Shown here one piece after another: positions 8,918-20,439 of a stretch of DNA of 64,000 nucleotides; position 1 is the stretch's first letter; each line of letters starts with the position of its first letter. The position numbers and the translations under genes were made by a program. The stretch comes from Candidatus Aenigmatarchaeota archaeon (GTDB taxonomy: Archaea; Aenigmatarchaeota; Aenigmatarchaeia; GW2011-AR5). The notes under the pieces were generated by a model. The model was not told the DNA's origin. It did no database searches and saw only the letters and a program-made list of their open reading frames with translations. The stretch spans positions 160,001 through 224,000 of the forward strand of contig JACQID010000004.1 in NCBI GenBank assembly GCA_016198685.1, given 5' to 3'.

Positions 8918-11086
8918 TCAGACTACAGGATCAGGAAGTCCCTTGCGTTGCCTGATTTTGCGGACGACTTCTTGTCTGAGTTCTTCGGGCATTCTTTCAA
9001 ATGTGACGTCAACCAAAGAGTAAAATCCCTTGCCTCCTGTGTTGCTCTTAAGAGCCGCTTCCATGCCGAACGTGTCGGCTACGGGTATCTTAGCTTTGAC
9101 CGCGGCAGTACCCTGCTCTATTGTCGTGTCCAGAACCTGGCCTCGTCTGTTCTGAACAAGGCTCATGACATTGCCTACCGTTTCTTCAGGAGTATCGATT
9201 CTTATTACCTGCAGCGGCTCAAGGAGTGAAGGCTTTGCGTTCATCATGGCGCGCTTGATAGCCTGTGCAACGGTCGGGATGACCTGCGCGGGGCCTCTGT
9301 GGACGTTGTCCTCGTGCAGGTTAGCATCTGTGATTATGACTTTCATTTCGCTGCATGCTTCGCCTGCGAGAGGGCCGGATTCTGTGACGCTCTCGAAAGC
9401 CTCGATAACGAGCTTCATGACTTCATGCAAGTATTGGACTCCTTTAGTGCCATCTATGAGCAGGTTCTTGTTGTGTGAAGCCACTATCTTTTTGGCTTCA
9501 TCCCTGTTCATGCCTGCATCTACAAGCAATTGTACAGCGCCTTTGAGGTTCTTCTTTATCATCGTATCGTCAACCTTGCCCTCCTCAAGGACCTTGAAGA
9601 CTTCAGGCTCTATAGGTTCAACACGCACAACAAATTTGTTGTGCTTGTTAGGCGATTTTTCTTCCACTTCAGGCGATAAAGCGCGTATGGTTTCTCTATA
9701 CATGACTATTGGCAAGGATGTCTTGACTGCTATGCCCCTGTCTTTCAACGGACGCTCGATCTTGGCATCTATGTGAAGTTCGCCAAGCCCTGAAATGAGA
9801 GTCTCTCCTGTTTCTTCATTAATCTTGGAAACAAGAGTCGGGTCTTCCCTTGTTGCGTTCCTTAAGAATGATATGAGCTTGGCGAGATCGCCCGGGTTCT
9901 CGCATTCAACGCTCTTGGTAACCACGGGTTCAAAGATGTGCTTTATGCTTTCGAATGGATAGATTTCTTTGGAAGATATCGTTTCTCCGGAGAAAGCGTC
10001 GTTCAGGCCTACTATGCCTACTATGTTGCCTGCAGTGATCTCGTCCATTTGGATTCTCTGCGGACCCTTGTAAATAGAAACTTGCTGGACTCTTTCCTTC
10101 TTTTTCTGGCCTATCAGATAAACCTCATCACCCTTTCTGATGGTGCCCGAGAACAATCTTGCTGTAGCAACGTATCCTGCGTGAGGGTCTGGATTGACTT
10201 TTGTTATTATTGCAGAAAGCGCGCCGTGCTCATTGAGCTTAATCATGTCCTGGCCTTCAGGCAATGTGACATCGCCCTTCCATATTTTGCCTATTCTGTA
10301 TGCCTGAGCCTGTCTTGGGTCTGGCAAATGCTTGATGACCATGTTTAATATAATCTTGTGCAACGGCGCCTTTTTATTGAGTTCGTCATCCTTGCCCTGG
10401 GAAGACAGGTCTATTATTTCCTTGAAGGTGAGGCCGGTTGCCTTCATATAAGGCACGGATATAGCCCATTTCCTATAGGCGCTTCCGAATGCGACAGAGC
10501 CGTTATCGACCTTGACGTACCACTTTTCGGCAAATTCCTTCTCTGCATACTTGCTTATGAGACCGTTGACTTGGCCGATTATTCTTACGAATCTTTCCTG
10601 CATCTGCTCAGGAGAGAACTGCAATTCTTTGATTAGCCTGTCGACCTTATTTATGAAAAGAACAGGCTTTACTCTTTCTCGGAGAGCCTGCCTTATCACC
10701 GTTTCAGTCTGCGGCATTACTCCTTCGACCGCATCAGTAAGTATGACTGCGCCGTCTACTGCACGCATGGCTCTTGTAACATCGCCTCCAAAATCCACAT
10801 GGCCCGGAGTGTCGATAAGGTTGATAAGATAATTCTCGCCATTAAGCTCATGCACCATGGAGACGTTGGCTGCGAATATGGTAATGCCTCTTTCCTGCTC
10901 CTGCTTGTCGAAATCCATGAACTGCTGCTGTCCTGCGAGTTCTTCGGCTATCATGCCTGCACCTGCCACAAGATTATCAGACGTTGTAGTCTTTCCGTGG
11001 TCAATATGTGCGGCTATTCCTATGTTCCTTATGTATTCAGGCTTATGCATGAGGCCCTTAATAATTTCAGTCTTGTCTTTTGCCAT
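8918..11086 (-). CDS. fusA: Translation elongation factor aEF-2
   Basis: AHIDHGKTT, RGITI, DTPGHVDF, NKVD, diphthamide loop LHEDNVHRGPAQ. Confidence 0.99.
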   Translation of the reverse strand: MAKDKTEIIKGLMHKPEYIRNIGIAAHIDHGKTTTSDNLVAGAGMIAEELAGQQQFMDFDKQEQERGITIFAANVSMVHELNGENYLINLIDTPGHVDFGGDVTRAMRAVDGAVILTDAVEGVMPQTETVIRQALRERVKPVLFINKVDRLIKELQFSPEQMQERFVRIIGQVNGLISKYAEKEFAEKWYVKVDNGSVAFGSAYRKWAISVPYMKATGLTFKEIIDLSSQGKDDELNKKAPLHKIILNMVIKHLPDPRQAQAYRIGKIWKGDVTLPEGQDMIKLNEHGALSAIITKVNPDPHAGYVATARLFSGTIRKGDEVYLIGQKKKERVQQVSIYKGPQRIQMDEITAGNIVGIVGLNDAFSGETISSKEIYPFESIKHIFEPVVTKSVECENPGDLAKLISFLRNATREDPTLVSKINEETGETLISGLGELHIDAKIERPLKDRGIAVKTSLPIVMYRETIRALSPEVEEKSPNKHNKFVVRVEPIEPEVFKVLEEGKVDDTMIKKNLKGAVQLLVDAGMNRDEAKKIVASHNKNLLIDGTKGVQYLHEVMKLVIEAFESVTESGPLAGEACSEMKVIITDANLHEDNVHRGPAQVIPTVAQAIKRAMMNAKPSLLEPLQVIRIDTPEETVGNVMSLVQNRRGQVLDTTIEQGTAAVKAKIPVADTFGMEAALKSNTGGKGFYSLVDVTFERMPEELRQEVVRKIRQRKGLPDPVV

Positions 11087-11108
11087 AAAAGCACCTTTAA
11101 AAATCAGC

Positions 11109-11789
11109 TTAGCGCGCTCCCATTGCTTCTCTTTCAAGTCTTTCTTTCTCCTTGAAAGCATGGCTGTCTGTGGAAGCATTAGATGCAGCTATAATCTCTT
11201 CGGCCAAGGCTTCTTCTGCGCTCCTCTTCTTGCCAAAAGAAGCCTTGTATACGCCTTGTGCCATTATTCTTAGGGTCTTGTCTATCCTTCTCTGAGGCGA
11301 CATTATGACGGCATCTCTGGCCATTATGCTACCCATTTGGTAGGATGTGATTTCTTCCCTGGGGGCTGCGTTCTCTATGGCTTTTACGAGAACCTGTACA
11401 GGATTTGTCTTGGTTCTGCTTTCAATTATTTCAAATGCTTTCTCGATTGTGGCGAGGTTCCTGTCGCATTTTCCGCCGAGCTGGCCGGATGTAAGTCTGT
11501 GCCTCTTTCCAGCGTGACCGGGCACCATCATATGAAGTGCGAGTCTTTCCACGATATGCATCTTAGACTTGTGGAATCTCTGGCTGCTCATAGCGCCATA
11601 ATTCTTGGGTATCATCACAGGCCTTACTGTTATGTATTTCTGCAGACCGGGTTCTGTGAATTCAGCCGTGTTTGACCATCTGCCGAAGAGCTTGATATCA
11701 GGAAGCTTGATGCTGGCTTCCTTGGAAACATGCTTAGGAGCAGGCTTCTGTTCTGTTGCATTGTCAAAACGTTTTCTTCTAATCATCAT
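11109..11789 (-). CDS. rps7: 30S ribosomal protein uS7
   Basis: KLFGRW, TNPVQVLVKAIENAAPREE, SPQRRIDKTLR, EKERLEREA. Confidence 0.97.
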   Translation of the reverse strand: MMIRRKRFDNATEQKPAPKHVSKEASIKLPDIKLFGRWSNTAEFTEPGLQKYITVRPVMIPKNYGAMSSQRFHKSKMHIVERLALHMMVPGHAGKRHRLTSGQLGGKCDRNLATIEKAFEIIESRTKTNPVQVLVKAIENAAPREEITSYQMGSIMARDAVIMSPQRRIDKTLRIMAQGVYKASFGKKRSAEEALAEEIIAASNASTDSHAFKEKERLEREAMGAR

Positions 11790-11795
11790 AGCACC

Positions 11796-12221
11796 TTATC
11801 TTGCAGGTTTCTGCTTCTTGCCAAGACGCAGCATTTCCAGGGAAATGCCATTGACCTTGAAGACTTTCCACTTGACGCCAGGGATAGAACCGACCGGACC
11901 GCCTTGTGAGCCGCCTATTCCTTCCACTGTGACCTGGTCGTGTTCTGTTATCTGGTTGATCGCCGCGGTCTTGGGAACGTGGGCGGTTATCTGCTTTCCG
12001 TTCTTGACAAGCCTGATACGAACGCATTTGATCATGCCGGATGAAGGCTGCTTTTGCTCCATCTGTCTCTTCTCAAGAACTATGCCTTTTGCCTGGGGTG
12101 CGCCCTCCATAGGATCCATCTTGTCCTGGAAGTGGAATACGCGGTCCCTGAATATTTCTTTCTTGAGTTTGAATTTCTTCCTGTTTTTCTTCAGTTTCCT
12201 AGCTGCAAAGTTTCCTGCCAT
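11796..12221 (-). CDS. rps12: 30S ribosomal protein uS12
   Basis: GAPQAKGIVLEK, KQPSSGMIKCVRIRL, GSIPGVKWKVFKVNG. Confidence 0.97.
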   Translation of the reverse strand: MAGNFAARKLKKNRKKFKLKKEIFRDRVFHFQDKMDPMEGAPQAKGIVLEKRQMEQKQPSSGMIKCVRIRLVKNGKQITAHVPKTAAINQITEHDQVTVEGIGGSQGGPVGSIPGVKWKVFKVNGISLEMLRLGKKQKPAR

Positions 12222-12359
12222 AATTGAACTAATCTCTTTCATTGTAAAAGGTTAAAAAGGTTCTTGTCGCAACGGAAATTCAAATGGCGCTATAGATAAG
12301 ATTTATAAAAATATTCTTATAGAGATTTAAGGATATTGAAATTTCCAAGTTCCCGGGCA

Positions 12360-12839
12360 TCAAATGCAATTCATTGATTTGCGTGCATGCGGATATTTTT
12401 TCATCGTATCGCGCAGGAGCGCATCTGCCGCATCAAACTTTTTTCTTTGACCAAGATAATCGTTGTCCCGCGTCAAAAGTTCCTTGAGCTTGTATGAATC
12501 AGAATCAGCTCCATGCACTTGAATTCTGTCTACATTGCCGTTGCCGTCAGTGTCGTGATAAAATTCTGCATCGCCAAACCGGTGGCCGATAGGAGAATAA
12601 ACATGCATCTCCTGCGAGCAGTCTGGATAGACCATATAGTCGACATGCCCAAAAGGACCTCTTGGATAGGAAATTAGGTGATATCCAGAAGTTCTCTGAT
12701 CCGCAGTGTTTTGCGTTTCATTGGAATTTTTGCTTAGTAAATAAGCTGCGCCAAGAATGCCAGGCATGGCTAGTATTGTAAGGCCAAGCAGCCAGTACAC
12801 GGGTTCCCCGGGAATCCTGATTTTCATAGAATTAAGCAA
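12360..12839 (-). CDS. Hypothetical membrane-anchored protein inserted between nusA and rps12
   Basis: N-terminal TM; DTDGNGNVD acidic Ca-binding-like loop. Confidence 0.6.
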   Translation of the reverse strand: MLNSMKIRIPGEPVYWLLGLTILAMPGILGAAYLLSKNSNETQNTADQRTSGYHLISYPRGPFGHVDYMVYPDCSQEMHVYSPIGHRFGDAEFYHDTDGNGNVDRIQVHGADSDSYKLKELLTRDNDYLGQRKKFDAADALLRDTMKKYPHARKSMNCI

Positions 12840-12860
12840 TATATGAAAGATAAAAATGCG

Positions 12861-13280
12861 TTATAATCTCATGGGCGTCAAAAGCTTGATGTTCTTCTTG
12901 CTGTAAAGGCGCTCAATTAAATTATTGAGTATCTTTATTTTTCCGCCATTGCGTCCTATGACTTTTGGGCGGTCATGACCGTTGATATTTATTTCCACGG
13001 CATCATCTTTAGCGGCTATTTTTTTTGCTTCAGGGATTGCATTTTTAAGAAAATCTTCGACTGTATCGGCATATTCAAATATCCTGATCCTTTTCTTGAA
13101 AAGAGCTTCTGCTTTCTTGATTTTTTCGCCGCTTTTCCCGACAGCCATTCCGTACTGCCCCTTGTCAACCACAAAATACAGAGTGTCCTCATCTGTCATG
13201 GAATCTATGACATATGCTCCTGTCAATTTCTGGAAGAAACTGATTGACTGTATAGTCTGTTCGTCTAAAATAACTTTCAT
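12861..13280 (-). CDS. nusA: Archaeal NusA (KH-domain) transcription factor
   Basis: GMAVGKSGEKIK and KVIGRNGGKIK GxxG loops; canonical position in the cluster. Confidence 0.93.
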   Translation of the reverse strand: MKVILDEQTIQSISFFQKLTGAYVIDSMTDEDTLYFVVDKGQYGMAVGKSGEKIKKAEALFKKRIRIFEYADTVEDFLKNAIPEAKKIAAKDDAVEININGHDRPKVIGRNGGKIKILNNLIERLYSKKNIKLLTPMRL

Positions 13281-13293
13281 AGGAATCAGGCTA

Positions 13294-13524
13294 CTACTCA
13301 AATCCTGCCATAGCTACAGGGAACGGCTTTCCGAGCTTGGTTGCAAGCTCTCTTTCATTTCCTTCAAATATGTGCACTTGCGTGTTGCCAAGTTTATTGA
13401 CAAGGTCTTGAGGGCAATTGTTTGCTACGATAACTTCCTTCACTTTTCCGGTTGCGATAGCCTTGATTATTTCTCTTGTGCCGATAACGGCTTTCTTTTC
13501 AGGAAGTTTCGAAATTGTTTCCAT
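13294..13524 (-). CDS. rpl30e: 50S ribosomal protein eL30
   Basis: VIGTREIIKAI, VIVANNCP, ELATKLGKPFPV; position between rpoA'' and nusA. Confidence 0.9.
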   Translation of the reverse strand: METISKLPEKKAVIGTREIIKAIATGKVKEVIVANNCPQDLVNKLGNTQVHIFEGNERELATKLGKPFPVAMAGFE

Positions 13525-13559
13525 AGATTAATCATCCAGTCAAAGGATAAAAAGCTGAC

Positions 13560-14702
13560 TTACTTCTCCGCATCCTTGCCTTTTTTTATGCTTTCTCTCA
13601 TCTTCTGCATATCTATGGAGAGGTTCACAACGCCTGTTCCGATGGGCGCGACCTGCCCGACCATGACGTTTTCTATGACTCCAGTCATTTCATCGGCCTG
13701 TCCATAGAATGAAGCGTTGACAAGATGCTTCTTTGTTTCTTCGAAGTTAGCACGGGCAAGCACAGAGTATTTCTTTCCGGATACTCCGTATCTTCCAATG
13801 GATTTTATTGTTCCATCGAAAGTCATTGTATCAGCGAGCAGGTGCAAATACCTGTCATCGACATCTAATCCCTGCTCTTCGAGCGTATCTTTTGTTTCCA
13901 TGAAAATCATGTTGCGTGCAGCCTCAACGCCCAGAACCTCATAGACCTGGTAAAGGTCGTTTGTGACGGTCCTGGAAATGTCGACTTCTTCCATCTTGAA
14001 AACCTTCTCAAGATTGCTGCCGACTGTCTGAACTATCCAGTCTTCGCCTTCCTTGACCACGAGCACATTGGTGATTCCTTTTATGCCTGCCACATGGAAT
14101 GAAAGTATTTTGTTTCTGATCTTTCGCAGGTCCTTCTGGTCATCTTCTTTTGGCTTGACGTACACTTTGTTATCGCGGGCCGTTACTTCAGAACCTTTCA
14201 TGTATTTTTCTATGACCCTTTTTACCTCATCTTTATGGACCACATCGTCAAGTTCCAGTTCAATTTTCATGTCAATGAGATCTATTGAGTCGGATGTGAT
14301 AACGTCTGCGATTTTGAGTTCCTTCACCTTTGATGCAACTTCCTTTGCTTTCTCTTTGGTGTTATAGTTTGGCTTCAGGTATATTGTCATGTTTTTCTCG
14401 AACGTCTTGCGTGCATCAAAAATTTCTATGAGTCTTGGTAGTCCCTGCGTGACCTTGCTCAGTCTGTCGCTCTGCGATGCAAGCGTATAAGAACGCATGG
14501 TCATTTGCGTGGCCGGTTCAGAAAGGCTTTGAGCCGCTATTATGCCAATAGCTTCGCCCGGCTCGTAAAGGTATCTGTCCATGACCTCTTCAAGTTTCTT
14601 GAGCTTCTGTTCTCGCTCTTTGCCGGTAATGCCTTTCTTAATGCAATACTCATCAAATTTTTTCATGACGTTCTCAGGTATCATTTCATCACCATCTATC
14701 AA
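13560..14702 (-). CDS. rpoA2: RNA polymerase subunit A'' (Rpo1C)
   Basis: [52 protein letters not shown]. Confidence 0.98.
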   Translation of the reverse strand: MIDGDEMIPENVMKKFDEYCIKKGITGKEREQKLKKLEEVMDRYLYEPGEAIGIIAAQSLSEPATQMTMRSYTLASQSDRLSKVTQGLPRLIEIFDARKTFEKNMTIYLKPNYNTKEKAKEVASKVKELKIADVITSDSIDLIDMKIELELDDVVHKDEVKRVIEKYMKGSEVTARDNKVYVKPKEDDQKDLRKIRNKILSFHVAGIKGITNVLVVKEGEDWIVQTVGSNLEKVFKMEEVDISRTVTNDLYQVYEVLGVEAARNMIFMETKDTLEEQGLDVDDRYLHLLADTMTFDGTIKSIGRYGVSGKKYSVLARANFEETKKHLVNASFYGQADEMTGVIENVMVGQVAPIGTGVVNLSIDMQKMRESIKKGKDAEK

Positions 14703-17148
14703 AGTCTATCTTTCCTGCGTCGGACTTTGCGGGATCTACTCCATCGCCGCCGACGAAGAACTGGATTATGTGGCCCCTGCTGTTTCTTACTGTGCCGTCA
14801 TATTCAACGCGCAAATCCTGCAGTGCATTGACAAGTCTCCTCTCCATGTATCCGGAATGTCGCGTGTGAAGCGACTTATCCATGAGGTTTTCCCTCGAGT
14901 TCATGGCATCGAAGAAGAATTCAAACGGATCAAGGCTTTCTTTGTAACCGTGGGATACGAACCCTCTTGCCTTAAGGCCAAGGTCGCCGGCTGCAAAGTG
15001 CGACAGCGTCCTTCCTATGAATCCTCTGTGTATTCTTTCGCCTTCAAGCGCTTCCTGGCCGACGAAAGCGCACATCTGCGTCAGGTTAACGTAGCTGCCT
15101 CTTGCGCCGCTTACTGCCATTATGACTGAAGAGTTCAAGGGCAGATCCTTCTTGATTATGTCGCTTGCCTTGTTGGAAGCCTCTCCTCCAAGCTGCAGGA
15201 TTCTGCTCTCAAGCAACATTCTTGGATCCATGCCAGATGCCTTGTCTTCCTTGCCTTTGTGGTATTCCTTCACAAGAGTCTTTACTGCATTGTCATATTC
15301 TTCGGATATTTCTTCAAGCTTTTTCTTGCTCTTGTCGCTTATGTCTTCATCGCCGGACGATATGCTGAATCCTTTTTTGGATATGACTTCCAGTGCAAGT
15401 CGCGAAACTTTGTCAATGAAATCTCTGGCTTCTGCATGGGAATATTTCTTTTCTATGACATCTATAAGCTTGCCTTTCTTTTCTCCCAGTGCATTGTCGT
15501 CTATTACGCCCTTCTTCAGAGAGCCATTCTTTATTTCGACGGTCTCTCCGGAAGCGGATGTGTAGGTAATGTTGAAGTCCTTGGGAAGTATATAGCTGAA
15601 TATTTCTTTTCCTGTGTATTCGTCCTTGATTTCAAAGTCTTCTATACCTATGGCCGTAAGAAGTTCTGTCGCCTGTCTTCTGTTGAGCTTGGTTGTATCC
15701 TGCGTCAGAAGGAAGGAACCTGTTATATGGTCGTGCTTGCACGCGATGACAGGCTTTCCGTATCTTGGGGACCTGATGTGATTCTCAACTGCCATGAGCA
15801 TTTCAGCTTCAGTTCTGGCTTCCTCGGTTTGAGGAACGTGTATATTCATTTCGTCCCCGTCAAAGTCTGCATTGTAAGGTATTGTCACTGCCAGGGAGAG
15901 TCTGATGGTTCTATAAGGCATTATTCTGGCCTTGTGCGCCATCATGCTCATTCTGTGCAACGACGGCTGCCTGTTGACTATTACAATGTCTCCGTTGTCA
16001 AGGTGTCTTTCAACGATATATCCTGGCACTATTTCGTTGGATACGTCTTCCTTGTTTTCTTCTGTTATTTTCTTCCTTACGCCATCCGGCCTTATCACAT
16101 AATTAGCTCCCGGGTGCGTTGTCATGTTCTTTACGATTGATCTCATGTGTTCAAGGTTTAGGGTAGTTACTCTTGCAGGAATTGTCAGCTCTTTGGCTAT
16201 CTCAAGCGGTATGCCAACTTCGCTTATTGATAATCTGGGGTCGGGGGAGATGACCGTACGTGCCGAGAAGTTAACCCTTTTTCCGCTCAGGTTGCTTCTG
16301 AAGCGTCCTTCCTTCTTGCTGAGTCTCTGAACAAGCGTCTTCAGTGCCCTTCCGGATCTATGCCGTGCCGGCGGTAGCGTTGAGATTTCATTGCTCATCA
16401 AAGTAGAAACATGGTATTGTAAAAGTTCCCATATGTCTGCTATTATGAAGTCAGGAGCTCCAAGTTCGAGATTCTTTCTTAGTCTTTCATTTATTCTGAC
16501 TATGTCGACGAGCTTGTGCGTCAAATCGTCCTCGCTTCTCTCACCTGTTTCCAGCGTTATTGACGGCCTTACTGTCACCGGAGGCACAGGCAGTATCGTG
16601 AGTATGAGCCATTCGGGCCTGGTCTTTATTTTGAGGATTGCAAGATCATCATCGGTTATCTTTTCAAGGCGCTGTCTGACTTCTTCAGACGTTAGGTCCG
16701 TGTTGCCCTCTCTGTAGGAGGTAGGCTTGAAATAGGTGATTTCCTTTTGCTTCTCGCCGCATGCAGGGCATGTCTTGATCTTCTTCTTGTATATATGGGT
16801 CAATCTGTTGCCTTTGATCTTCTCTGATTCGTCCTTAGGAATAAGATTTGCAGAGCACTTTCTGCATGTCGATTTGAGAAGCATGTATATCTTCTTCCCG
16901 TAAAGCGGATGGACTATGGGCTTGGTAAGCTCAAGGTATCCGAAGTGGCCGAGGCATTGTCCTATTGTGCCGCCGCATGTCCTGCATCGAAGCCCCGGGT
17001 CAACGACACCAAGATGCAGATCAGCAAGACCGCCATCTATAGGATATCCGTCCGGGTCATAAAGCTCGGGTTGCTCTATCTTGATTGCGCTCATGTCCTT
17101 GATTATTTTTGGCGACAGGAATCCGAATTCTATGCTTTTGATTTTCAT
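14689..17148 (-). CDS. rpoA1: RNA polymerase subunit A' (Rpo1N)
   Basis: [35 protein letters not shown], catalytic [11 protein letters not shown]. Confidence 0.99.
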   Translation of the reverse strand: MKIKSIEFGFLSPKIIKDMSAIKIEQPELYDPDGYPIDGGLADLHLGVVDPGLRCRTCGGTIGQCLGHFGYLELTKPIVHPLYGKKIYMLLKSTCRKCSANLIPKDESEKIKGNRLTHIYKKKIKTCPACGEKQKEITYFKPTSYREGNTDLTSEEVRQRLEKITDDDLAILKIKTRPEWLILTILPVPPVTVRPSITLETGERSEDDLTHKLVDIVRINERLRKNLELGAPDFIIADIWELLQYHVSTLMSNEISTLPPARHRSGRALKTLVQRLSKKEGRFRSNLSGKRVNFSARTVISPDPRLSISEVGIPLEIAKELTIPARVTTLNLEHMRSIVKNMTTHPGANYVIRPDGVRKKITEENKEDVSNEIVPGYIVERHLDNGDIVIVNRQPSLHRMSMMAHKARIMPYRTIRLSLAVTIPYNADFDGDEMNIHVPQTEEARTEAEMLMAVENHIRSPRYGKPVIACKHDHITGSFLLTQDTTKLNRRQATELLTAIGIEDFEIKDEYTGKEIFSYILPKDFNITYTSASGETVEIKNGSLKKGVIDDNALGEKKGKLIDVIEKKYSHAEARDFIDKVSRLALEVISKKGFSISSGDEDISDKSKKKLEEISEEYDNAVKTLVKEYHKGKEDKASGMDPRMLLESRILQLGGEASNKASDIIKKDLPLNSSVIMAVSGARGSYVNLTQMCAFVGQEALEGERIHRGFIGRTLSHFAAGDLGLKARGFVSHGYKESLDPFEFFFDAMNSRENLMDKSLHTRHSGYMERRLVNALQDLRVEYDGTVRNSRGHIIQFFVGGDGVDPAKSDAGKIDFDRW

Positions 17149-17149
17149 A

Positions 17150-20100
17150 TTAATCACCCACTTTGACCTTGGGATAGACACCCAGGCACTTCAATTCGTC
17201 AAGCATAAGCTTGAATGCATAGCTCATTTCAACTTCATCGATCTTGGATTTGGTGCATACTGGGCAATATTTCTTACCCTTGACTTTGTCTTCAACCGCA
17301 AACATGCCGCACTTGCTGCAGATAGGTACAGTATACTTGTCACTGCTGAATCTTTCCTTGAGCAGCAGAGAAGCTCCGTGAGCAAGCAGGCAATCCTTCT
17401 CCATTTCTCCCAGTCTTAGGCCTCCCTGCTTTACTCTTCCTGCCGTAGGTTGCTTGGTGAGCAGTGTTACAGGACCTCTTGCTCTGGACTGCACCTTGTT
17501 TGCAACCATGTGGTGGAGCTTTTGGTAATAGCATGGTCCTACGAGTATCTGGGATTCGAAACGCTTGCCTGTTATACCGTCATACATGACTTCCTTGCCG
17601 TCATCTCTGAATCCAAGTTCTTCGAGATTCTTTCTCAGGTCCTCTTCTTTGATTCCGTTGAACGCAGATGCGTCAACTTTTTTCCCGCTTACAGCGGAGA
17701 CCTTCGCCGCCACTATCTCAAGCAGCTGGCCTAGAGTCATTCTGCTTGGTATTGCGTGCGGGTTCAATATAATGTCAGGCGTTATGCCGCTTGCCGTAAA
17801 TGGCATGTCCTCCTCAGGGAGTATCAATGCTATGACACCCTTTTGTCCGTGCCTGGATGCAAACTTGTCACCGAGTTCAGGGAGTCTTTCGCTTCTGACA
17901 TTTATCTTGACAAGCTTGTTTCCGCTCGACGTTTGGGTTAATATAACATTATCCACAACGCCTTCTTCTCCATAGCGTATTGTTTCAGATGTTTCTCTTC
18001 TGTTTTCTGTTTCGACCATGAAGCTTTCCATCGGGCCGAAGAATCTCAGAGGAGATATCTTGCCGACGATTACATCGCCTTCCTTAACATCAGTTTCGCG
18101 GTTTACTATGCCATCCTGTGACAGGTTTGCGTATGCTTCCTCGGAGCGATAGCCGGAAACGGCTTTGTCGGGTATTCTTATTTCGTCTTTTTCTATGCCC
18201 CAATATCTCATTTCCTCGGTTGAATAATCACGAAGGAAGTAGCTGTGGCCGAATCCTCTTTCAATTGATGCCTTGTTAAGTACTATTCCGTCTTCCATGT
18301 TGTAACCATGGAAGCTCATTATGGCTATGACGACATTATGACCCTGAGGATGAACCTTGAGGCCTACTTCGTCACCGACTATTGTGCTGACAAGAGGCAT
18401 CTGAGGATAAAGCAGAACATCTGCTTTCGTGTCTGCTCTCACGAGGAAGTTTGCTGCATAGAGTCCGAGCGACTGGCCGGACATCTTTGCACCGAAGTTT
18501 ACTCGGTCTCCTCTGTTGTGCGTCGGGAAAGGCACGAGTGATGCAGATAATCCTAGCATCACGCCAGGATTGATTTCCAGATGAGTATTTTCTTTTGTTA
18601 TGGCGCTTTCGTCTATGGCTACAAGTGCGTTGTTTTCCTCTTCTGCATCAAGGTATTCTATCACTCCTTCCCGGAGCAGGTCGTTCCAGCCTAATTCTTT
18701 GGAGATAACCTTTTCGCCCAAATCCTTGGTCATCTTAGACTTTCCGTTTTCAACTATTATCAGCGGTCTCTGGACTCTGCCTGCATCTGTGTTGATATGG
18801 ACTTCTGCAAATTCAGGAACCCATGATATGTTTACAGATGAGCTGATGTCTGAATTCCTTCTCTTCTGCTTTATCGCTTCAACGATCTTTTCTGGGTTGT
18901 CCGTTCCGCCGGCAATAAAGCCGTCAAGGAATATTGCATTGTCTCCGTTCTCCTTCTTGAGGAGCGATTCTATGACAGTCTTGTCCTTCTGCGTGGCAGT
19001 GTCTGTTATGATTGCGAATATTGCAAGGTATTTTCTCAAGCCTATGTTCACGCCTTCGGGCGTTTCTTCGGCGCAGAGTCTTCCCCAGTGCGTAGGATGA
19101 AGAGCTCTTGCTTCAAAATGCTCTTGGGAAGAGCTGAGAGGCGAAATGACGTTTCTCAGGTGAGCGACTGTTCTGACAAAGTTCGTTCTTTCGAGTCTTT
19201 GGCATACTCCAGTTCTTCCGCCTACCCACTGGCCTGTAGCCATGTGCGATATTATTCTCTTTGTCAGGTACTCGCTTTCGACAATAGACTGTATAGAAGG
19301 CATTTTGCCCCTCTTAACAAGCTTCTGGTAAGAATACACAATTCTGGACACAAGCCCGTATTTGCCGAGCAGTACGGAGCGGAACAGTATTTCAAAGAAA
19401 TCCGCGACCATTCGCAGCCTCTTGTTGCCATAATGGTCTATGTCCTGTTCTTCAACGTCGTTGAGTCCTAGTCTTATGACTTTTCTAACAACCTTGGTCA
19501 TGTATGTTGCCTTGGTTAATCTATCCTTCTTTGTCTGACCAAGGTGAGGCAAAAGATACTTGTCTAAAAGATCGTTTATTCTTTTGTCCCTGTATTCCTT
19601 CTGGGGTATCTTGATCTTCTTGCCAATATATTCCTTGGCATCATCGACGCTGTTGACGTTCGTTTCGTAAAGGTTGAAATATATTTCCTGCATTTCTCTT
19701 GGTTCCGTGGAAATCGATTCTATTATTTCCTTGTCAGTCTCAACTCCGAGCGCACGGAGTATGACAACAACCGGTATCTTCTTTATGTTGGCAAAAGAAA
19801 TCGTGACTATTCCGCCCTTCCTTTCAATGAGATGTCTCTGCACAAAGCCTGCGGATTCAGAGTTTATTCTTGCAGTTTCAACGCCGCCTCTTTTCTCAAT
19901 GATGGGTCTGTTGGAAAGAACTTCCTCCATCATGACGATGGCCCTTTCTGTTCCGTTTATTATAAAGTATCCGCCTGGGTCATCGGGGTCTTCTCCGGAT
20001 TCAATCAATTGGTCCCTGCCCATGCCTGATATCGTGCACAAGCCGGACTTAACCATGACAGGCAGATCGCCAATCTTGACTTCCTGAGCCTCCTGCTCAA

Positions 20101-20437
20101 CGCCGTTTATTACAGGAATCATTTCAATGAAAATAGGGGATGCATAAGTTAGGTTTCTTATTCGGCATTCGTTTGGCGTGACTGTTCTTACAGCGCCGTC
20201 TGCCTCCTTAATGTTGGGCTTGGGAATTCTGACTTTGCCTAAACGTATTTTAAACTCGGCAAGATCAGGCGTCTCAAGCTGGATTTCTCCTATGTCACCA
20301 AAAATCTTCTGAATACGTTTTTCGACGAATTCATTGAATGATTTTATGTGATGACCGTCAAAGCCAACCTGCTCTCTGAAACTGCCGACAAGAGACTTGT
20401 ATATTTTTGCGCTTTCATTCACTTGCATATGATTCAC
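17150..20437 (-). CDS. rpoB: RNA polymerase subunit B (Rpo2, unsplit)
   Basis: GGYFIINGTER, GYNMEDG, GDKFASRHGQKG, GLRLGEMEKDCL, C-terminal Zn finger. Confidence 0.99.
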   Translation of the reverse strand: MNHMQVNESAKIYKSLVGSFREQVGFDGHHIKSFNEFVEKRIQKIFGDIGEIQLETPDLAEFKIRLGKVRIPKPNIKEADGAVRTVTPNECRIRNLTYASPIFIEMIPVINGVEQEAQEVKIGDLPVMVKSGLCTISGMGRDQLIESGEDPDDPGGYFIINGTERAIVMMEEVLSNRPIIEKRGGVETARINSESAGFVQRHLIERKGGIVTISFANIKKIPVVVILRALGVETDKEIIESISTEPREMQEIYFNLYETNVNSVDDAKEYIGKKIKIPQKEYRDKRINDLLDKYLLPHLGQTKKDRLTKATYMTKVVRKVIRLGLNDVEEQDIDHYGNKRLRMVADFFEILFRSVLLGKYGLVSRIVYSYQKLVKRGKMPSIQSIVESEYLTKRIISHMATGQWVGGRTGVCQRLERTNFVRTVAHLRNVISPLSSSQEHFEARALHPTHWGRLCAEETPEGVNIGLRKYLAIFAIITDTATQKDKTVIESLLKKENGDNAIFLDGFIAGGTDNPEKIVEAIKQKRRNSDISSSVNISWVPEFAEVHINTDAGRVQRPLIIVENGKSKMTKDLGEKVISKELGWNDLLREGVIEYLDAEEENNALVAIDESAITKENTHLEINPGVMLGLSASLVPFPTHNRGDRVNFGAKMSGQSLGLYAANFLVRADTKADVLLYPQMPLVSTIVGDEVGLKVHPQGHNVVIAIMSFHGYNMEDGIVLNKASIERGFGHSYFLRDYSTEEMRYWGIEKDEIRIPDKAVSGYRSEEAYANLSQDGIVNRETDVKEGDVIVGKISPLRFFGPMESFMVETENRRETSETIRYGEEGVVDNVILTQTSSGNKLVKINVRSERLPELGDKFASRHGQKGVIALILPEEDMPFTASGITPDIILNPHAIPSRMTLGQLLEIVAAKVSAVSGKKVDASAFNGIKEEDLRKNLEELGFRDDGKEVMYDGITGKRFESQILVGPCYYQKLHHMVANKVQSRARGPVTLLTKQPTAGRVKQGGLRLGEMEKDCLLAHGASLLLKERFSSDKYTVPICSKCGMFAVEDKVKGKKYCPVCTKSKIDEVEMSYAFKLMLDELKCLGVYPKVKVGD

Positions 20438-20439
20438 CT

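Noticed and set aside
9270-9330. Possible loss of the diphthamide site in EF-2
   Set aside because: The target His is intact (LHEDNVHRGPAQ)
3821-20087. Many long antisense or alternate-frame ORFs over dnaK, fusA and the rpo genes (e.g. 3939-4718, 9165-9776, 15259-16140)
   Set aside because: Shadow ORFs of well-supported genes; no motifs or independent start signals
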